Of a stretch of DNA of 64,000 nucleotides, positions 12,131 through 25,225 are shown in pieces. Every line of letters starts with the position of its first letter. The first letter of the stretch is position 1. The position numbers and the translations under genes are program-made. The notes below the pieces were generated by a model. It had not been told where the DNA came from. It saw nothing but the letters and a program-made list of their open reading frames with translations, and ran no database searches. Source of the stretch: Octopus sinensis (taxonomy: Eukaryota); NCBI RefSeq assembly GCF_006345805.1, contig NC_042997.1, positions 171,182,001-171,246,000 on the forward strand, written 5' to 3'.

Positions 12131-12731
12131 GAGAAAAAAGGTTGAGAAATGCTGATCTATAACGATGGTTTTTATTTAGGCACATCGTAAAAGTAATTAT
12201 AACGAAATGCTAAATATAAAGAAAAGTATGTTTTTTTTTCAAGAAAATACAGTTAGAAAAAATATTTGCCACTTCAAGTCATCAACTAAAAACAAAGCTC
12301 ATCAATTTTTGTATGAAATAATAGTTTTATTCTTTTTTTCTAAGTTGTACATTTTGCCCAAGAAATAAAGCAAATAATCACCAAATGCATTGTTAAAAAT
12401 CTGCAACTCGATAACAAATATCTCCAAATTGATTAGAAATGCATAAATTTAATAATAATGACGCTAAATAAAATTTGGTCGAGAAATACCAAATAAATTA
12501 CTTCATATCAACAAAAAACAGACACGTACCTTTATAGAGAACAGATTGTACTCAAGTGAAACATTCAAAATACACGCCGTTGGATTTTTCTTTTCAGTGT
12601 TGAATGTTAACCATCCCATTTCCATTGTGAGCGCACACGCACACACACACACGCATGCGTACACACATTCGCATACCCTACCCTTTTACATACACACACA
12701 CACACATATATTCACACAGTTGAAACGCTGA

Positions 12732-12990
12732 CATCACCTCTTCCTTTCTCATTCATAAACACAAGAGTATTATGATAGGAGATTATCTCGGTAACCATAG
12801 GAGCTATGAAAAAAATAAAAAGCCCAGCATCACCACGAAAAAAATGACATCACCCTTCCTTCCTTATTCATCTATCACCCCTTCCTTTCTCATTCATAAA
12901 CACGAGAGTATTATTATAGTAGATTATCTCAGTAACCATAGGAGCTATGAAAAAAGTAAAAAGCCCAGCATCACCACCGCATCATTCTAT
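12732..12990. repeat. Direct tandem duplication, period about 141 bp, possibly part of the Helitron 5' region
   Basis: ggagctatgaaaaaa at 12800 and 12941 with colinear flanks. Confidence 0.8.
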
Positions 12991-13133
12991 ACATCTGTGT
13001 AATTTTTCGCGAAATTCTACCCAGCCGTTTGACTGCGAAACGCAAGACAAGAAAGAATCGCCCATGTCAAATTTATATGCATATACACACACACACGCAT
13101 ACATACACATATATACACATACATATATAATTA

Positions 13134-13221
<88 letters not shown>

Positions 13222-13320
13222 GCACACACACACGTATATAATTGTTAAAGAGGACAACAAACGCTAAGGCAAGACAAACATCTCAAGTCATATACGTTAT
13301 TATTATTGGAAAAACTGAAA

Positions 13321-13376
13321 GTCTTACAGCTGTTTCTGGGATATCCCAAAGTATGGGATATTCCGTCATCAGGGAC
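13321..13376 (-). ncRNA. Minimal type I hammerhead ribozyme motif (Penelope-like)
   Basis: Minus strand reads gtcc-CTGATGA-cgga atatccca..tgggatat ccca-GAAAC-agct-GTA-agac: stem II hairpin and palindromic stem III. Confidence 0.75.
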
Positions 13377-14254
13377 AAATAGGGAAAATGTGAAGGGTAT
13401 AGATTAATGAAACGATGACATAGAGAACAGGAGAAAAGGAATAAAGAAATGAAGAAGAAGAGAAGCATAAAAGTTCACAGTTCAAGTTTCCGATAGTGTA
13501 GATGTTAGTCCATAAGTCACTAGGTACAATCTTGTGTAAATCCATGTATGGTTATAGCTTTAATAGAATAAATATCCAGAGATATGTTCATATTGGAGTT
13601 TCGCCGCGAATGTCAAGGAGTGCAGCTTGTCGTTTCCTGGCAGAGTGAATTGCGTCATAGTGCTGTTTTTCTCACAGACGGTGTCCAACCGATCCTACCA
13701 TATTGTGTAGTCGACAAAATCAAAAACAATGCACAAGCGTGAAATTAAACATATCAAAATGGCGACTATTTACCCATCGCACCCTATATATATATAAATA
13801 CACACACACATACATATGTGTGTATGTTAATATGTACGTATGTGTCTGTAGTGTAATAGTAAGTATCATTATAGCTTTTGTAGAAAAAAAGAAAGGAAAG
13901 AAAAAAAAAACAGAAGAAAACTTTTATTTCAAGAGATTATAAATGAAAACTGCTGGTTGTTGTAGAAAGTGTAATGTTTCAACATGGTACCGGAAGTCGA
14001 TGTTGAAATAACGTCAACACAGGCGACAACTGAAAGGAAATAACGTAAAATTTAAAGTTCGTCAACTTGACGAAAACGAAGTGTTGTCTAGCTTAAAAAT
14101 GCAGAAATTCCAATACACTTTATGACTTGAAACAGAACCAACAAATATGATAGTCAGATCCTCTGTGTGGCTCTATATGGTCCTTCAGCTTGCTAGAAAA
14201 AGCAGCAAAATTTCACTTCAGTTTTACCCTTACTGTCTTTAGAAATGTAATATA

Positions 14255-14477
14255 TGTTTCTTTATTACCCACAAGGGGCTAAACATAGAGGGGACAAACA
14301 AGGACAGACGAATTAAGTCGATTGCATCGACCCCAGTGCGTAACTGGTACTTAATTTATCGACCTCGAAAGGATGAAAGGCAAAGTCGACCTCGGCGGAA
14401 TTTGAACCCAGAATGTAACGGCAGACGAAATACGGCTACGCATTTCGTCCGGCGTGCTAACGTTTCTGCCAGCTCGA
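14255..14477 (-). mobile_element. SINE family B, tail type 1
   Basis: Full CpG-rich copy ending ...ttgtgggtaataaagaaaca. Confidence 0.9.
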
Positions 14478-15024
14478 AGTTGGAATAATATAATGTTTGA
14501 TGTGTCTGAATAAAAGATGGGATAGTCATGACTGGAACTATTTTGATGTTGTCTATTCAATTAAAGCAGATCTAGGTTAAAACAACAGCAGTCGAACCGA
14601 CTGACTCTGCGGAATCTTCCACAAGAATTTACTTAACGCTAACAAAAGAATGTGCTTAAAAAATTAATTATAAGCGAATCCGATCCGGCCCAGTTTCGTG
14701 CCGCATTTAACTGATTTAATTTTTTTAGTACCTTACAATTCGGTTTTTTTTTTTCTTGACAACCATCGGGACAAGAAGCGCTCCTCCCGAACAGAAGTTC
14801 GTGAGATGGTTGTGATTTGTAAACAGTTTTGAGTACGAACCGGAAAGAGACGTATGAACATGCAATACGCATGTCAAAATTAAACGAAAGAAAATAAAAA
14901 CGCAATGCGAATGTCAGACAAGTTACATGATGGTCTGCATGCCACGTCTGACATCACCATCATGCAGCTTTGCTGAAATTTCCTTGTTTAAAAAAAAAAT
15001 TTCCCTTTTTATTCTTTTCTATCA

Positions 15025-15220
15025 TTTTGGCACAAGGCCAGCAATTTTGGAGGAGCGAGTAAATTGATTACATCGACCCCAGTATTTAATAGGTGCTTAT
15101 TTTATCAACCCCAAAAAGTAAAGTCGATCTCGGCGGAATTTGAACTCAGAACGTAAAGACGTACTAAATACCGGATAAGCATTTTGCCCGGCATGCTAAT
15201 GATTCTGCAAGTTCGCCAAG
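15025..15220 (-). mobile_element. SINE family B, tail type 2
   Basis: Family motifs on the minus strand. Confidence 0.85.
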
Positions 15221-16407
15221 TACAATATTCAATGCCAACCTCCAAAAATTCGGCTGTTTAGCATTAAAAGAAAGATATCTGTTGTAATGACATTTGATGA
15301 ACTACTTTCAAGCATTTACATATACGTATACTTTTGGATTTTACTGGATTATCTTGGTTTGATTATCAATCCTGCACCTGTATTTAGCTAAAACTAAAAG
15401 ATCGCAGTCATTTTCCTACTATTTACTTTTGAAAATTGTTCTTGACTTTGTATCTTGCTACGTAAACTGAAGCACAAGTTTGAGAAACAGTATTATCTTA
15501 GTGAAAAGCAAAACTTTTAGATGAGATGCTAGACATTCATGTTAAAATGTTGCATGTCGTATTTTTAGACTCTACGTAGGTTTTTGTACACTAGACTGAT
15601 AAATACAGGCTTATATCATCATTTATGCTAACCAATCTCTATTGAATTCTTGACAGATGTCTCGTCGCTGTTTCGACAGAAATTATCATACACCAGCATA
15701 CCGTTTTTGTTAAAATAATTTCACGTCATTTTTAGAATGTCTACTAAATTTAAACTTAACACTATTTCCTTGTTCCGACCACGCGTCAAGTTTTGTTTTG
15801 TGATACCAATATATTACCGTCTGATCAACGTTACAGTGTCGTGCTGGTTGAATGGGTATTTATAGATTGGAATTAAATTTAGCCGCGTGTGTCCCATAAT
15901 AAATCAACTCCAAACGTTGTTGAAATAACACTTATTTTTATCGAAGTATATTACAATATATACAATTTTAATTGTAGCTTGCCAATAATGTAAAGTGTGT
16001 GTTTAGAGACGAACGCAATTTATAATTATATAACAGAACGGATTAGCTTCGCGTGAGAGGCGCGAATAATGCTTTGATCATCCTAGTTGAAGAATCCTTT
16101 TAACTCGGACCTGAGCTTCAACCAAGGAAAACTTGTCGATGTAAAGGGATTGTTGCTTGTGCTTCTGAAATACCAGTCTCTCTCTCTCGCTTATTACTAA
16201 AGTAGTGAGACCCATTTCTATTAAAGCATTTTGTCGACTAGCCTTTCATAGGCTCCACACTTTAATCTTTAATAATTGGTCGTTTGCCCTATCATGTGAG
16301 CTTGGAGCATTTGGTTGTGTCCTGTATTTTGATTGGTCGAATATTGAGTGGAATATGGATCCCGGATTCAAACACGTTGTGCGTAATATTTTCTAAATAA
16401 CTAACCT

Positions 16408-16809
16408 GGGATCTTTTCAGTTTGAACGGCAGTTTTTTTAGAATAATTTCCACGTAACTAAACACTTCTAAACTTCGTATACTGGTAGAATGTGTTTATA
16501 AAACATCTTTTTCTCTTGGCTTTATTGATAAAATTCTACAGTTTGTAAGATATTTGTTGTTTTTTTTTTCCTTCAATTTCTGCAATTTCAAACCAATCAA
16601 TGAGGTGAAAACATTCTGTGCCGTATGAATATGTCCCTCGTTTAAGAAACAGATTGGGTTTATTTACATTCGTGAAGAAAAAAAGATACCCTTCCCCCTA
16701 ACCCTAAAACAGATTGAAATGCAATAGATCGATACTAGGGTCATAATTATAAGTGACAATTTCATATGACACCGTTAGGAAAAACTGCCGTTCAAACCGA
16801 AGAGATCCC
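16408..16809. mobile_element. MITE with about 30-bp TIRs (GGGATC...), nested in the 10130-type repeat
   Basis: gggatcttttcagtttgaacggcagttttt / aaaaactgccgttcaaaccgaagagatccc; flanked by taacct / caacct. Confidence 0.88.
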
Positions 16810-17924
16810 CAACCTGATCTGTCGCTGGGAGCTTACGTCTTTCTATATATAGCCTTAACAAAAACTCTATGACAGAGAGATGAGGGAATTCCAGAAGGAT
16901 GCGACATGATATTTTCCTGCTATTATAACGAAGCATTTGTAACCAACGACGACAATAGCTGAATTATCCAAACAATGGCTGAACTATACAACCATCATGA
17001 TCCGTGATGTGTTATTTGGTCCACTGTATAATTTAGCAGAGAAATAAAGTCTAGCTGTTATTTTAAAGTTTGTTTCATGTATTATTTCCACGACTTAACA
17101 TGCAACACGTTATATGATGGTATCCAAGATTCCGTCGTAAATTATGAGAGACTTTATAACCACTCAGCTAAACTAAGAATTGACTCGTTATTTATTTGTG
17201 TGGCGAGAGGTGAGGATATTGTGTTCATGGTACGTGCTCGGTGAAATGCTGTGAAACACAGGTCGCGCAGAATCCAAGCATCCTGAGTTCGTCTCTCAAC
17301 CCTGGAATCTGCTCGAACTTCTGCGATAGTTCTAGCGCGCTTTCGCTTTTATAAACCCCTCTATGCGGAAGCTTCAGAAAATTCTATAATATGGCTGATA
17401 TTTCGATTTCTTTATTTTGTAGAGCCTCCATCCTTTGCTAATTATCAGAAACTAGCAAGTGTAATATTTGTTTTACAATTAGCATCTGCTAAACTTGAAT
17501 GTTACGCCATTACAAAAAATGCACATGCTAAAATGGCAAAGAAGAAATAGTGTGGTTTCGCCTATCGGTTTTCCAAAAGAGTGATATCTAATATAAGACA
17601 GTCGAAGTAGGTACGGGAGCAGGCTAGGAATACACTCTGAAACAAAAAAAAATTCTTATAGATAGTCGAGTTGGCAAGGTACTGGTTAATCAATCGCGTG
17701 GTCAACGGTTTGTAACCAGTATCCGTGACCGAGGACCTCAATACTGAAAGACAGAATAAATCTAACTCCAAATATGTACCATAGAGTGAAATAGTTGTCT
17801 ATCGAAGTTGACAACTGCTTGGTATTGTTGTTAATGATTCAGTGATTTGCAATTCTTTTTAACTCCAGGTAAAGCCGACTAAAGCGCTAGTTCAAGGTAT
17901 TCGCGTAATATGGAAAAGTGTCTG

Positions 17925-18915
17925 CTCCTGAGAAGGTGGAGGACTACCTGAGTCAGAGAGCTTGGGACAACGTAATTTCGAAGGCCACCTTCGACTCCCT
18001 CTTCATTCAGTCAGATCAGTTTTCAAGGTGCCGCTTACTGACTGCTAGCGCCAAACACTCAGGTGACTGGATTGATGCCATCCCTGCGGCTAATGTTGGT
18101 GGCCTACTCAGCTTGGACGAACTTCGTGTCTCCATTGCTCTCAGAGTGGGAGCTGACGTATGCACGGGTTTGATCTGTCGTTGTGGCAGGCTCCTCGACT
18201 CCACAGGCCTCCATGGCCTTTCTTGCCGCCTGAATGGTGGTCGCTTCGCGCGTCATTCGCAGTTGAACCTGATACTCAAGAGAAGCATGGCCCGGGAAAA
18301 CGTCCCCTCCATCTTGGAACCATCTGGATTGTCCAGATGTGATGGGAAGAGACCTGACGGCCTCACCCTGTGCCCTTGGTCGCAAGGCAGATGCTTTGTT
18401 TGGGATGTCACAGTTAGCGACTCCTTTGCTTCTTCTCACATCCTTCATGCCGCGGTCAGGACGAGATCCACAGCTTCTGCAGCCGAGCGGAACAAAGTCC
18501 TGAAATACCGCGATCTGTCGGCCAACTACATTTTCCATCCTGTGACGTTCGAGACTTTTGGTGGGGTCAGACCACTAGCTGCAAGATTCCTGTCTTCACT
18601 GGCAACTCTCCTTGCAGCGGTAGCTGGCGAAGCTCGTGAGGGCACTTGGCTGTTCCAGCGCATCAGCATCGCCATCACCCGCAGCAACGCTTCAAGCGTG
18701 CTGGCGTGTCTCAATAAACATTAGAAAGGTTTCCCAGTGCTCCCAACTTTTTAACCCCAGGTGGTGAATTGTTTTTTCTTCCTTTTTTCTCTTTCTTCTT
18801 TCTCACTTTTTTTCTTTTTTCTTTTTAATTTTTTCTATTGTATTCTCTGTTCTGTCCAGTTTTCTAGTTTGATTTTGTTAAACGGTAAACACTGTGAAGG
18901 CAATAAAATACATAC
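17925..18915 (+). mobile_element. CRE-clade non-LTR retrotransposon 3' end (CCHC finger plus RLE), 5'-truncated
   Basis: Uninterrupted 268-aa ORF: SGDWIDAIP, CRCG...GLHGLSC, RH..LN, RPDG...WDVT, PVTFETFG, QRISIAITRSNA; 3'UTR ends at aataaaa. Confidence 0.9.
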
Positions 18916-20094
18916 AAATTGGTGGAAGTTACTAAATGCCTAAAAATTGTTCCTTGCAACTGTAGGCGCAGTTACCACCCTTGACAGCAGGTTTAAAGCA
19001 AGCTCGCTAGATGGGCTAGAGTGTGAGTTTCTGACACGAGGCCTTACGACTTTCTCTTTTCCCGCTAAGACGTCAGACCGTAGAGACGTGATCTAGTTGT
19101 CTCTCTCACACTACAAACCAGCTAGCAGACAGGAATCAATAACCTCCACGCTTCAACCATTTCCAGTTGTCATTCAGCTGCTATAATATATATGTGTGGC
19201 CGTCATTAAAGACATTTAAAGTTACAGCCTTGTTTCATATATATTTTTTATACCGTGTTCCTGTCAAATGACATTACCGCCTTCTAAAGAGAGTCATGTT
19301 TAGATGGTGTTGGTATCATGGCTGTGGATCCATCTAAATAACTACCGTATTGTTATATTTTGTGAAGCAATGTTGTAAGAAAGAAGAAAATAAATGAATA
19401 AAAACCAGTAAGATAGTAATTGTATATTGTAGTGGTGTTGATCGCCCACCCCCCATCGCCTTATTGGATCAGTCATACAAGGCGATGCAATGAAAAGGCT
19501 CGACCACGACGCCCTTGACCTCCAATACGAAACGAAAGCGATGCAGAAAATGGAAGCATCTTAGCAGTCGCACGTGTAAGCAATGATTATAGAATATACT
19601 GTAAAATGGTAATTAAATCTGTTTAATTAAGCTTAATAGTCTTCACATGTAAACTATATATATATATATATATATATATAAATTACACACACACACACAT
19701 GCAACACATACACACGTACTATAAAATTAATTAAATCAGTTTAATCAACCCAAGTGTTTTATGTTTATAAAATATATTAATATTATAAAATGGTAATTAA
19801 AATTTTTTAATTAATCTTAGTAATCACCACGCGTAACAATGCATATAAAGAAATGTATTGTGAGTCGAGTCGTTGCTAAGAAAGCTTCCATTCCCAACGC
19901 CAGTTTTGCATCAAAAGTCAAGGTCGATGTGCTTGACTTTTTCACGCGTGACAGTACTGTCATCAAAAGGTGTTTCAATTGACCGCCCCATCATTTTTTT
20001 TTTGATTTTTAGCAAATTTGTCTCTAATATTATTTACGTCCTTTCGTTTTTTTTATTTTTCGGACTGTGTGTATAGGTGGAGGAGGAGGAGGAG

Positions 20095-20432
20095 GAAACC
20101 CCCATTCGGTCATGAATGACCATGGGATTGCACCTAGAAAGTTACCTTCCGAGGCACAAGTCAGGGCAAGATTGTTTGCGGAAGGCCAACAATCTCCCAT
20201 GCATACCAGCCTCCCCTCTCTACACCACTGATGTTATCCAAAGGAAAGGCAAAGGCCGATACAGCTTGACATCACTGATGTCGCTACCCATTTCTACAGC
20301 TGAGTGAACTGAAGCAACGTGAAATAAAGTGTCTTGCTCAAGAACACAACACGCAGCCCGGTACGGGAATCGAACTCACAACCTCACGATCGTTGGCTCT
20401 ACGCTCTAACCACTGAGCCATGCGCCTTCACT
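20095..20432 (-). mobile_element. tRNA-derived SINE family E (CORE-like ttcttgagcaagacac)
   Basis: Head gtgaaggcgcatggctcagtggttagag, B box gagttcgattccc; plus-strand copy at 35875-36210. Confidence 0.88.
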
Positions 20433-20979
20433 AGTGTGTATAAGAATATATTATAAAATGTGTCTGTGTTGATCTAAAAGTGATAAAGTGTGATTTGAAG
20501 GGTGTTCTAGCAAGACAAATGACAACTGTCTTTGTAGCCGTTTCCAGTATTAATTGAACAGACGTATGTATCAAGCATTTCAGCCATAATTATATTATTT
20601 ACTCCCGTTTTTTATACATAATGTATCGCGAAGTACATCATCCGATGTGTTTTATTTTTAAGACGTCTGGATGTGGGTTAGTGGGATAGTTTGCTACTTC
20701 TATCAGGTCGAACAACCCCATAAAGACTTCTTCCTTAGTTTGTCCTTTTGAGCTTATGTTCTGATTCGAAGCTTCGTTGGTTCTTCACAATGAGTAATAA
20801 TCTTTTAAAAGCTCATTGTTACTTGCGATTTCTGAATATATTCAAGGGCGTCTATTTTCACTTCGCATGAATTGAACTATTACAATAATATAACGTACAC
20901 ATTTTTTTGCGTAATTCTTCGCAAAAAAAGTTTTATTGGGCAAAAAAAAAATTAACATGCTTAGTCGACCGCTTCAAGT

Positions 20980-21205
20980 ATAACCTTAACCTACACCCCT
21001 AACTTTAAATTCTAATTCTAACCCTGAACCTTAAAGCACAATTCTAACCCTAAACCCCAAACCTAAACCCTAATTCTAACCCTAAACCTCGACTCTAACT
21101 TTAAACACTAAACTCTAATTTTAAATCGAAACCCTAACGCTAAAACCTAATCTCTTACTCTAAACAAACTGTACCTTAGGGTTTAGAATTGTAAACCCTA
21201 ACGTA
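20980..21205. repeat. Degenerate interstitial (CCCTAA)-like tract
   Basis: Repeated taaccct/aaaccct variants. Confidence 0.75.
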
Positions 21206-21832
21206 CAGTTTGTTCTGTATAATTTTGCAAAAAGATTTTGTTGAAGATTTTTTTTCATTAATGCCAGTTCAACTGTTTCACATGACTTTATTCATTAGAA
21301 CTTATTAAAATTATAAAAACTTCTTACAACTTTCGTCATCGTAATGTTTTGTTTTCATTTTGTGTATCACAAATACCAGCTTCCAAATTCTGTTTTCTGA
21401 TTGGGTAAACATTATCAAACTTAATTAAACCTCTGTAACATTTTTCTGAATTTTTTTTTTCTTCTGAAACAAGTGAATAACAAAATCAGATTTAGCGTGA
21501 AAAATTACATCAATAATCAAATTTTAAAATTTCCTTTCAATTTTGGAATAAAAAAAAAGAGAAAAGAAACTGGCAGCAAAAAAAAAAAAAAAAAAAAGAC
21601 CTGTATATCATGAAGTACGTCTTTCGTTTTTCTAAGGTGTCAGAGGAGTGCAGCTCGAGATATATTCCAGACAGAAATACAATCGTGTAAGAGTTGCTAC
21701 AAAGGCTGTGGGTTTTCGGCGGTGTGTGTTGCGAGACGTGGCAGGTGTGATGCTATAGAACTCACTATATCTCTCTGAGTTTATGTGGCGGTTCAGATAC
21801 GATAAGCGTGACGTATTTCAGAGAATCTTGTG

Positions 21833-22086
21833 GAGGCGCGTGGCTTAGTGGCTAGGGTGTTGAACTCATGATCGTAAGGTTGTGGTTTCGATTCGATTCC
21901 TGGACCTGGTGATGCGTTGTGTTCTTGAGCAAAACACTTCATTTCACGTTGCTCCAACAGTCCGCTCAGCTGGCAAAAATGAGTAATCCTGCGACGGACT
22001 GGCGTCCCGTCCAGATGGGGAATTTCTACGCCACTGAAACCGGGAATCCGGCCCTTATGAGCCTGGCATGGCTCGAGAAGGAACAT
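21833..22086 (+). mobile_element. tRNA-derived SINE with E-like head and a different tail (cctgcgacggactggcgtcccgtccag)
   Basis: A/B-box-like head, CORE-like segment, tail resembling V-domain SINEs. Confidence 0.8.
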
Positions 22087-22194
22087 TTTTTTTTTCAGAG
22101 AATCTTGCAGTGCATCACCAAATTTCAGTCAACATTAATTAATACTGCTTTATTTTCTTTCATTCCTTGTTTTATTTCATTCAAATTATTTTCT

Positions 22195-22760
22195 TTCAAC
22201 AACAATGCCGAAGTTGTTGACATCTTCACTTATCTTGGCAGTGTGATCCTTAGCAGCGAATCCGAAGTCGTAAAGAGACTTGGACAGACTGGTGCAGCCG
22301 TAGATATGGTGAACTTAGCACGGTAGAGGTAAAGAATACGCACACCACCCATTTTCGGCGTAACCCTAATCCTAACCCTAACCACCAAAAACGGATCGTG
22401 TGCGAATTCTTTACTTTCGCACTTACCACTGCCAATATCCGAGCAGGAGGAGAAAGGTTCTGGTTTTCAGGTCTCTGGTCCTCCTTCTCTTACTCTATAT
22501 TGCGAGACTTAGATATTTTCCGGGACCCTTAGGATCCGCCTGAACTCTTTTGGTACCAAGATGCTTCACGGGATTATGGGTTACCATTGGTCGGATTTGA
22601 TAGCCAACTAATAACTACACTCAATAACCAGGATGTATCCCGTTACTTGTATGGAGAAAGTATCTCGCAGAGATGAGGACTGACTGAGACTCTGCTTGGA
22701 GGGCAACCCAGGATGACCCAAGTAAATACTGACAAATAGGATGCAGCGACGTGCTGCAAT
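22195..22760 (+). mobile_element. Degraded RTE-clade LINE fragment interrupted by a mini element
   Basis: EVVDIFTYLGS; KVLVFRSLVL; LNSFGTKMLHGIMGYHWSD. Confidence 0.8.
22322..22427. mobile_element. Mini inverted-repeat element with a telomere-like core
   Basis: gtaaagaatacgcacac / gtgtgcgaattctttac around taaccctaatcctaaccctaacc. Confidence 0.7.
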
Positions 22761-22835
22761 GGTGTTATGTCCCCATGCCTAATCTGACCAAACAATTTTC
22801 TTTCAATAAAAGTTTTTCATCTTTAGAAATCATTT

Positions 22836-23530
22836 GGGATCTTTTCTATTTGGCTGCACCTTTGCAAATTTTAAAGTTTAGTGAAATTTTTAGAATTTGG
22901 TGTATAGATGTAATTTTCCATGCTGAGTATCAGGATATAATTCACTTTTTCTAGAAAAAAATTTGAAAAAAATAAGAAAACAGGATTTAGAAGATGTCAT
23001 TTTGTGCGTGTCTACACGGGTTGTCAACTGTAAACAAATGATATACTGGTGGAATTCTCCTTTATGCACGCCATATAACCCCTCCTTTTTATTTTTTGGA
23101 ATTTTCAGAAAACTTTTGCGAATTTGTATTCTACGCATGAGAATTCATATGATTAAGCAAAAACCAAAAAAACTTCTGGTGCGTGAATTAAAGCCTATTT
23201 AATTGTTATTTTTAACACATCTCATGCCACATGTGTTTTAAGCATTTAATAAGCAACAAAAAGAGCATATGGTAGGCAGCTTGGTAACAGCTTGTCTTGC
23301 TACTATGGAAACAGACACCTATATGTCTGTGGCTTTTGATTGGCTAGAATTACCCAAAAATTGCAAACTTTAAAAGCTATTAACTCTCTATTTATTGATT
23401 TATAGCGAAAATGAATTTCATGTCAATGAAATTGACAAACATTACAAAACTACACCAATACGTCAAATATGAAATCAATTGGAACAAAAATTGAAGAAAT
23501 TGAAAAGTGGCTGCAAAATAGAAAAGATCC
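22836..23530. mobile_element. Non-autonomous DNA transposon with GGATCTTTTC TIRs
   Basis: ggatcttttctattt / aaatagaaaagatcc; internal pieces recur near 32180-32330. Confidence 0.7.
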
Positions 23531-24159
23531 TGTGCCTGCCCCATCGACTTTGTTTCCTCATAATTTTCAGAAAAACGGATATTTTTAAAAGAAATTTCAT
23601 ACCTTTTAGAAGGTGCAAGTTTTGATTATGTCGTGATTTGTTATAAAAAGTGTTTTTTTTCTTTTTTCTTTTTTTTGAGGAGTGACGAGTTATTCACGAG
23701 TCGACTTTGTTTCCTCATAACTTACAGAAAAATGGATATTTTTTTGAATGAATTATTCTACAAATACCTTTCAGATGGTGTAGATTACGATTACATCGAA
23801 ATTCAATGTAAAAAGAGAAAAACAAATTGTAGGTGCAAGCACATATATATGAACAAGATAAATCTTCAAATTTTCTAAGATTTCATTAAAAAAATATTCA
23901 TTTTTCTAAAGGTTATTAAGAAACAATGCCGGGTAGACAGTACACTTGTGTAGGTATGTCTCGTTTTTATTACTAATTTCGTATTCTTTCATTTAATATC
24001 CTTCATTTATACATCTGTGTCCCTCCTCCCAACAAAAGCAGAACAGATTGCTTGTGACCAGCAGTTCTGACTTCTAGTTTCTCAAAAATGGTCTCATCTG
24101 ATTGGCTGAAATTCCCTCAAATTTCTGTTTTAAGTCTACAAACTTCTTTAGTTTAAATT

Positions 24160-24166
24160 TCTGGGG

Positions 24167-24224
<58 letters not shown>

Positions 24225-24600
24225 GCATATATGGGTACAGGACATAAAAAAAAACGTTGTACACAATGAGAAACGAAAACATAAAAACAAAAACATAGAA
24301 ACGAACTTTTTTTCGAACAACAAAAAACAACACAGAAACGAGACATGCAACATAAAGAATATTCCTCTTCTTCAGTTGTCCCTGTTTCATCTACTCCATG
24401 TTTTGAAGGCAAGGACAATATGCAACTTCATTGAAACAGTCCTTCCTGCAAAGCAAATTAAATAAAATTTGGGATTTTTTGTGGACAGTCAAAGAGGTAA
24501 CAAGAACAGGACAGTGAGAACAAAACAGTAAAAACAAATGGTGAGGGCTGTTAAGCCAAGATGATAGAAAAATTGTATAGTATATATATATACTATTATG
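24160..24600. mobile_element. Unclassified (TA)n-anchored repeat, inverted copy of 55800-56262
   Basis: Matching ORF-track peptides (24074..24418 vs 55987..56292) and direct sequence similarity. Confidence 0.85.
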
Positions 24601-24974
24601 ATTTTTGCAATTAGCATAAAAACTACATGTGTAAAAATTTTTCAAAAAATTTGGATATGGTGTGTGAAACTGAATTTACTTGAAACTAAGGATAAATAAA
24701 TAAATAATAAAAGGCAGAAAAATTTAGAAGCAAAAAAGTGGGGATAAGATGAATTAAAATTTTGAAAGGATTTTTGGGGCAAAATTTTAATCTGCACTCT
24801 GAGGAAAACCTACATATCCGAAGAAATTCAAAACAGAAAATAGCAGCAATATTATTCTGTGACATGCCCACCCAGAAGAGGAACACGCACACATGCATGT
24901 ATATGATTAAATGGAGAGAAGAATGAAGACATACGTATGCTCATAATACATACTGAAGGGTACCTTGCTGAATG

Positions 24975-25009
<35 letters not shown>

Positions 25010-25225
25010 ATCTCATTTAACGTCCACTTTCCATGCTGGCATGGGTTAGATGCTTTGACCGAAACTGGTAAGCTAGAGGACTGCACCAGGTTCCAGCCTC
25101 ATTTGGCATGGTTTCTACTGCTGGATGCCCTTCCTAATGCCAAACACTCTGAGAGTGTAATGGGTGCCTTTTATTTGCCACTGGCATGGGTACTATTTAC
25201 ATGATGCTGGCAACAGCCACGACTA
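24975..25225 (-). mobile_element. RTE-type 3' tail fragment with (GAT)n tail
   Basis: (cat)n followed by tttaacgtccactttccatgc...ggatgcccttcctaatgccaa. Confidence 0.8.

Noticed and set aside
20370-20432. tRNA-like sequences (also at 35875 and 21833)
   Set aside because: These are SINE heads continuing into SINE bodies, without a complete cloverleaf.
23928-23960. ATGCCGGGTAGACAGTACACTTGTGTAG|GTATGT as a first coding exon
   Set aside because: It resembles a degenerate Helitron 3' end (caatgccgggtag) within repeat DNA; no downstream exon found.
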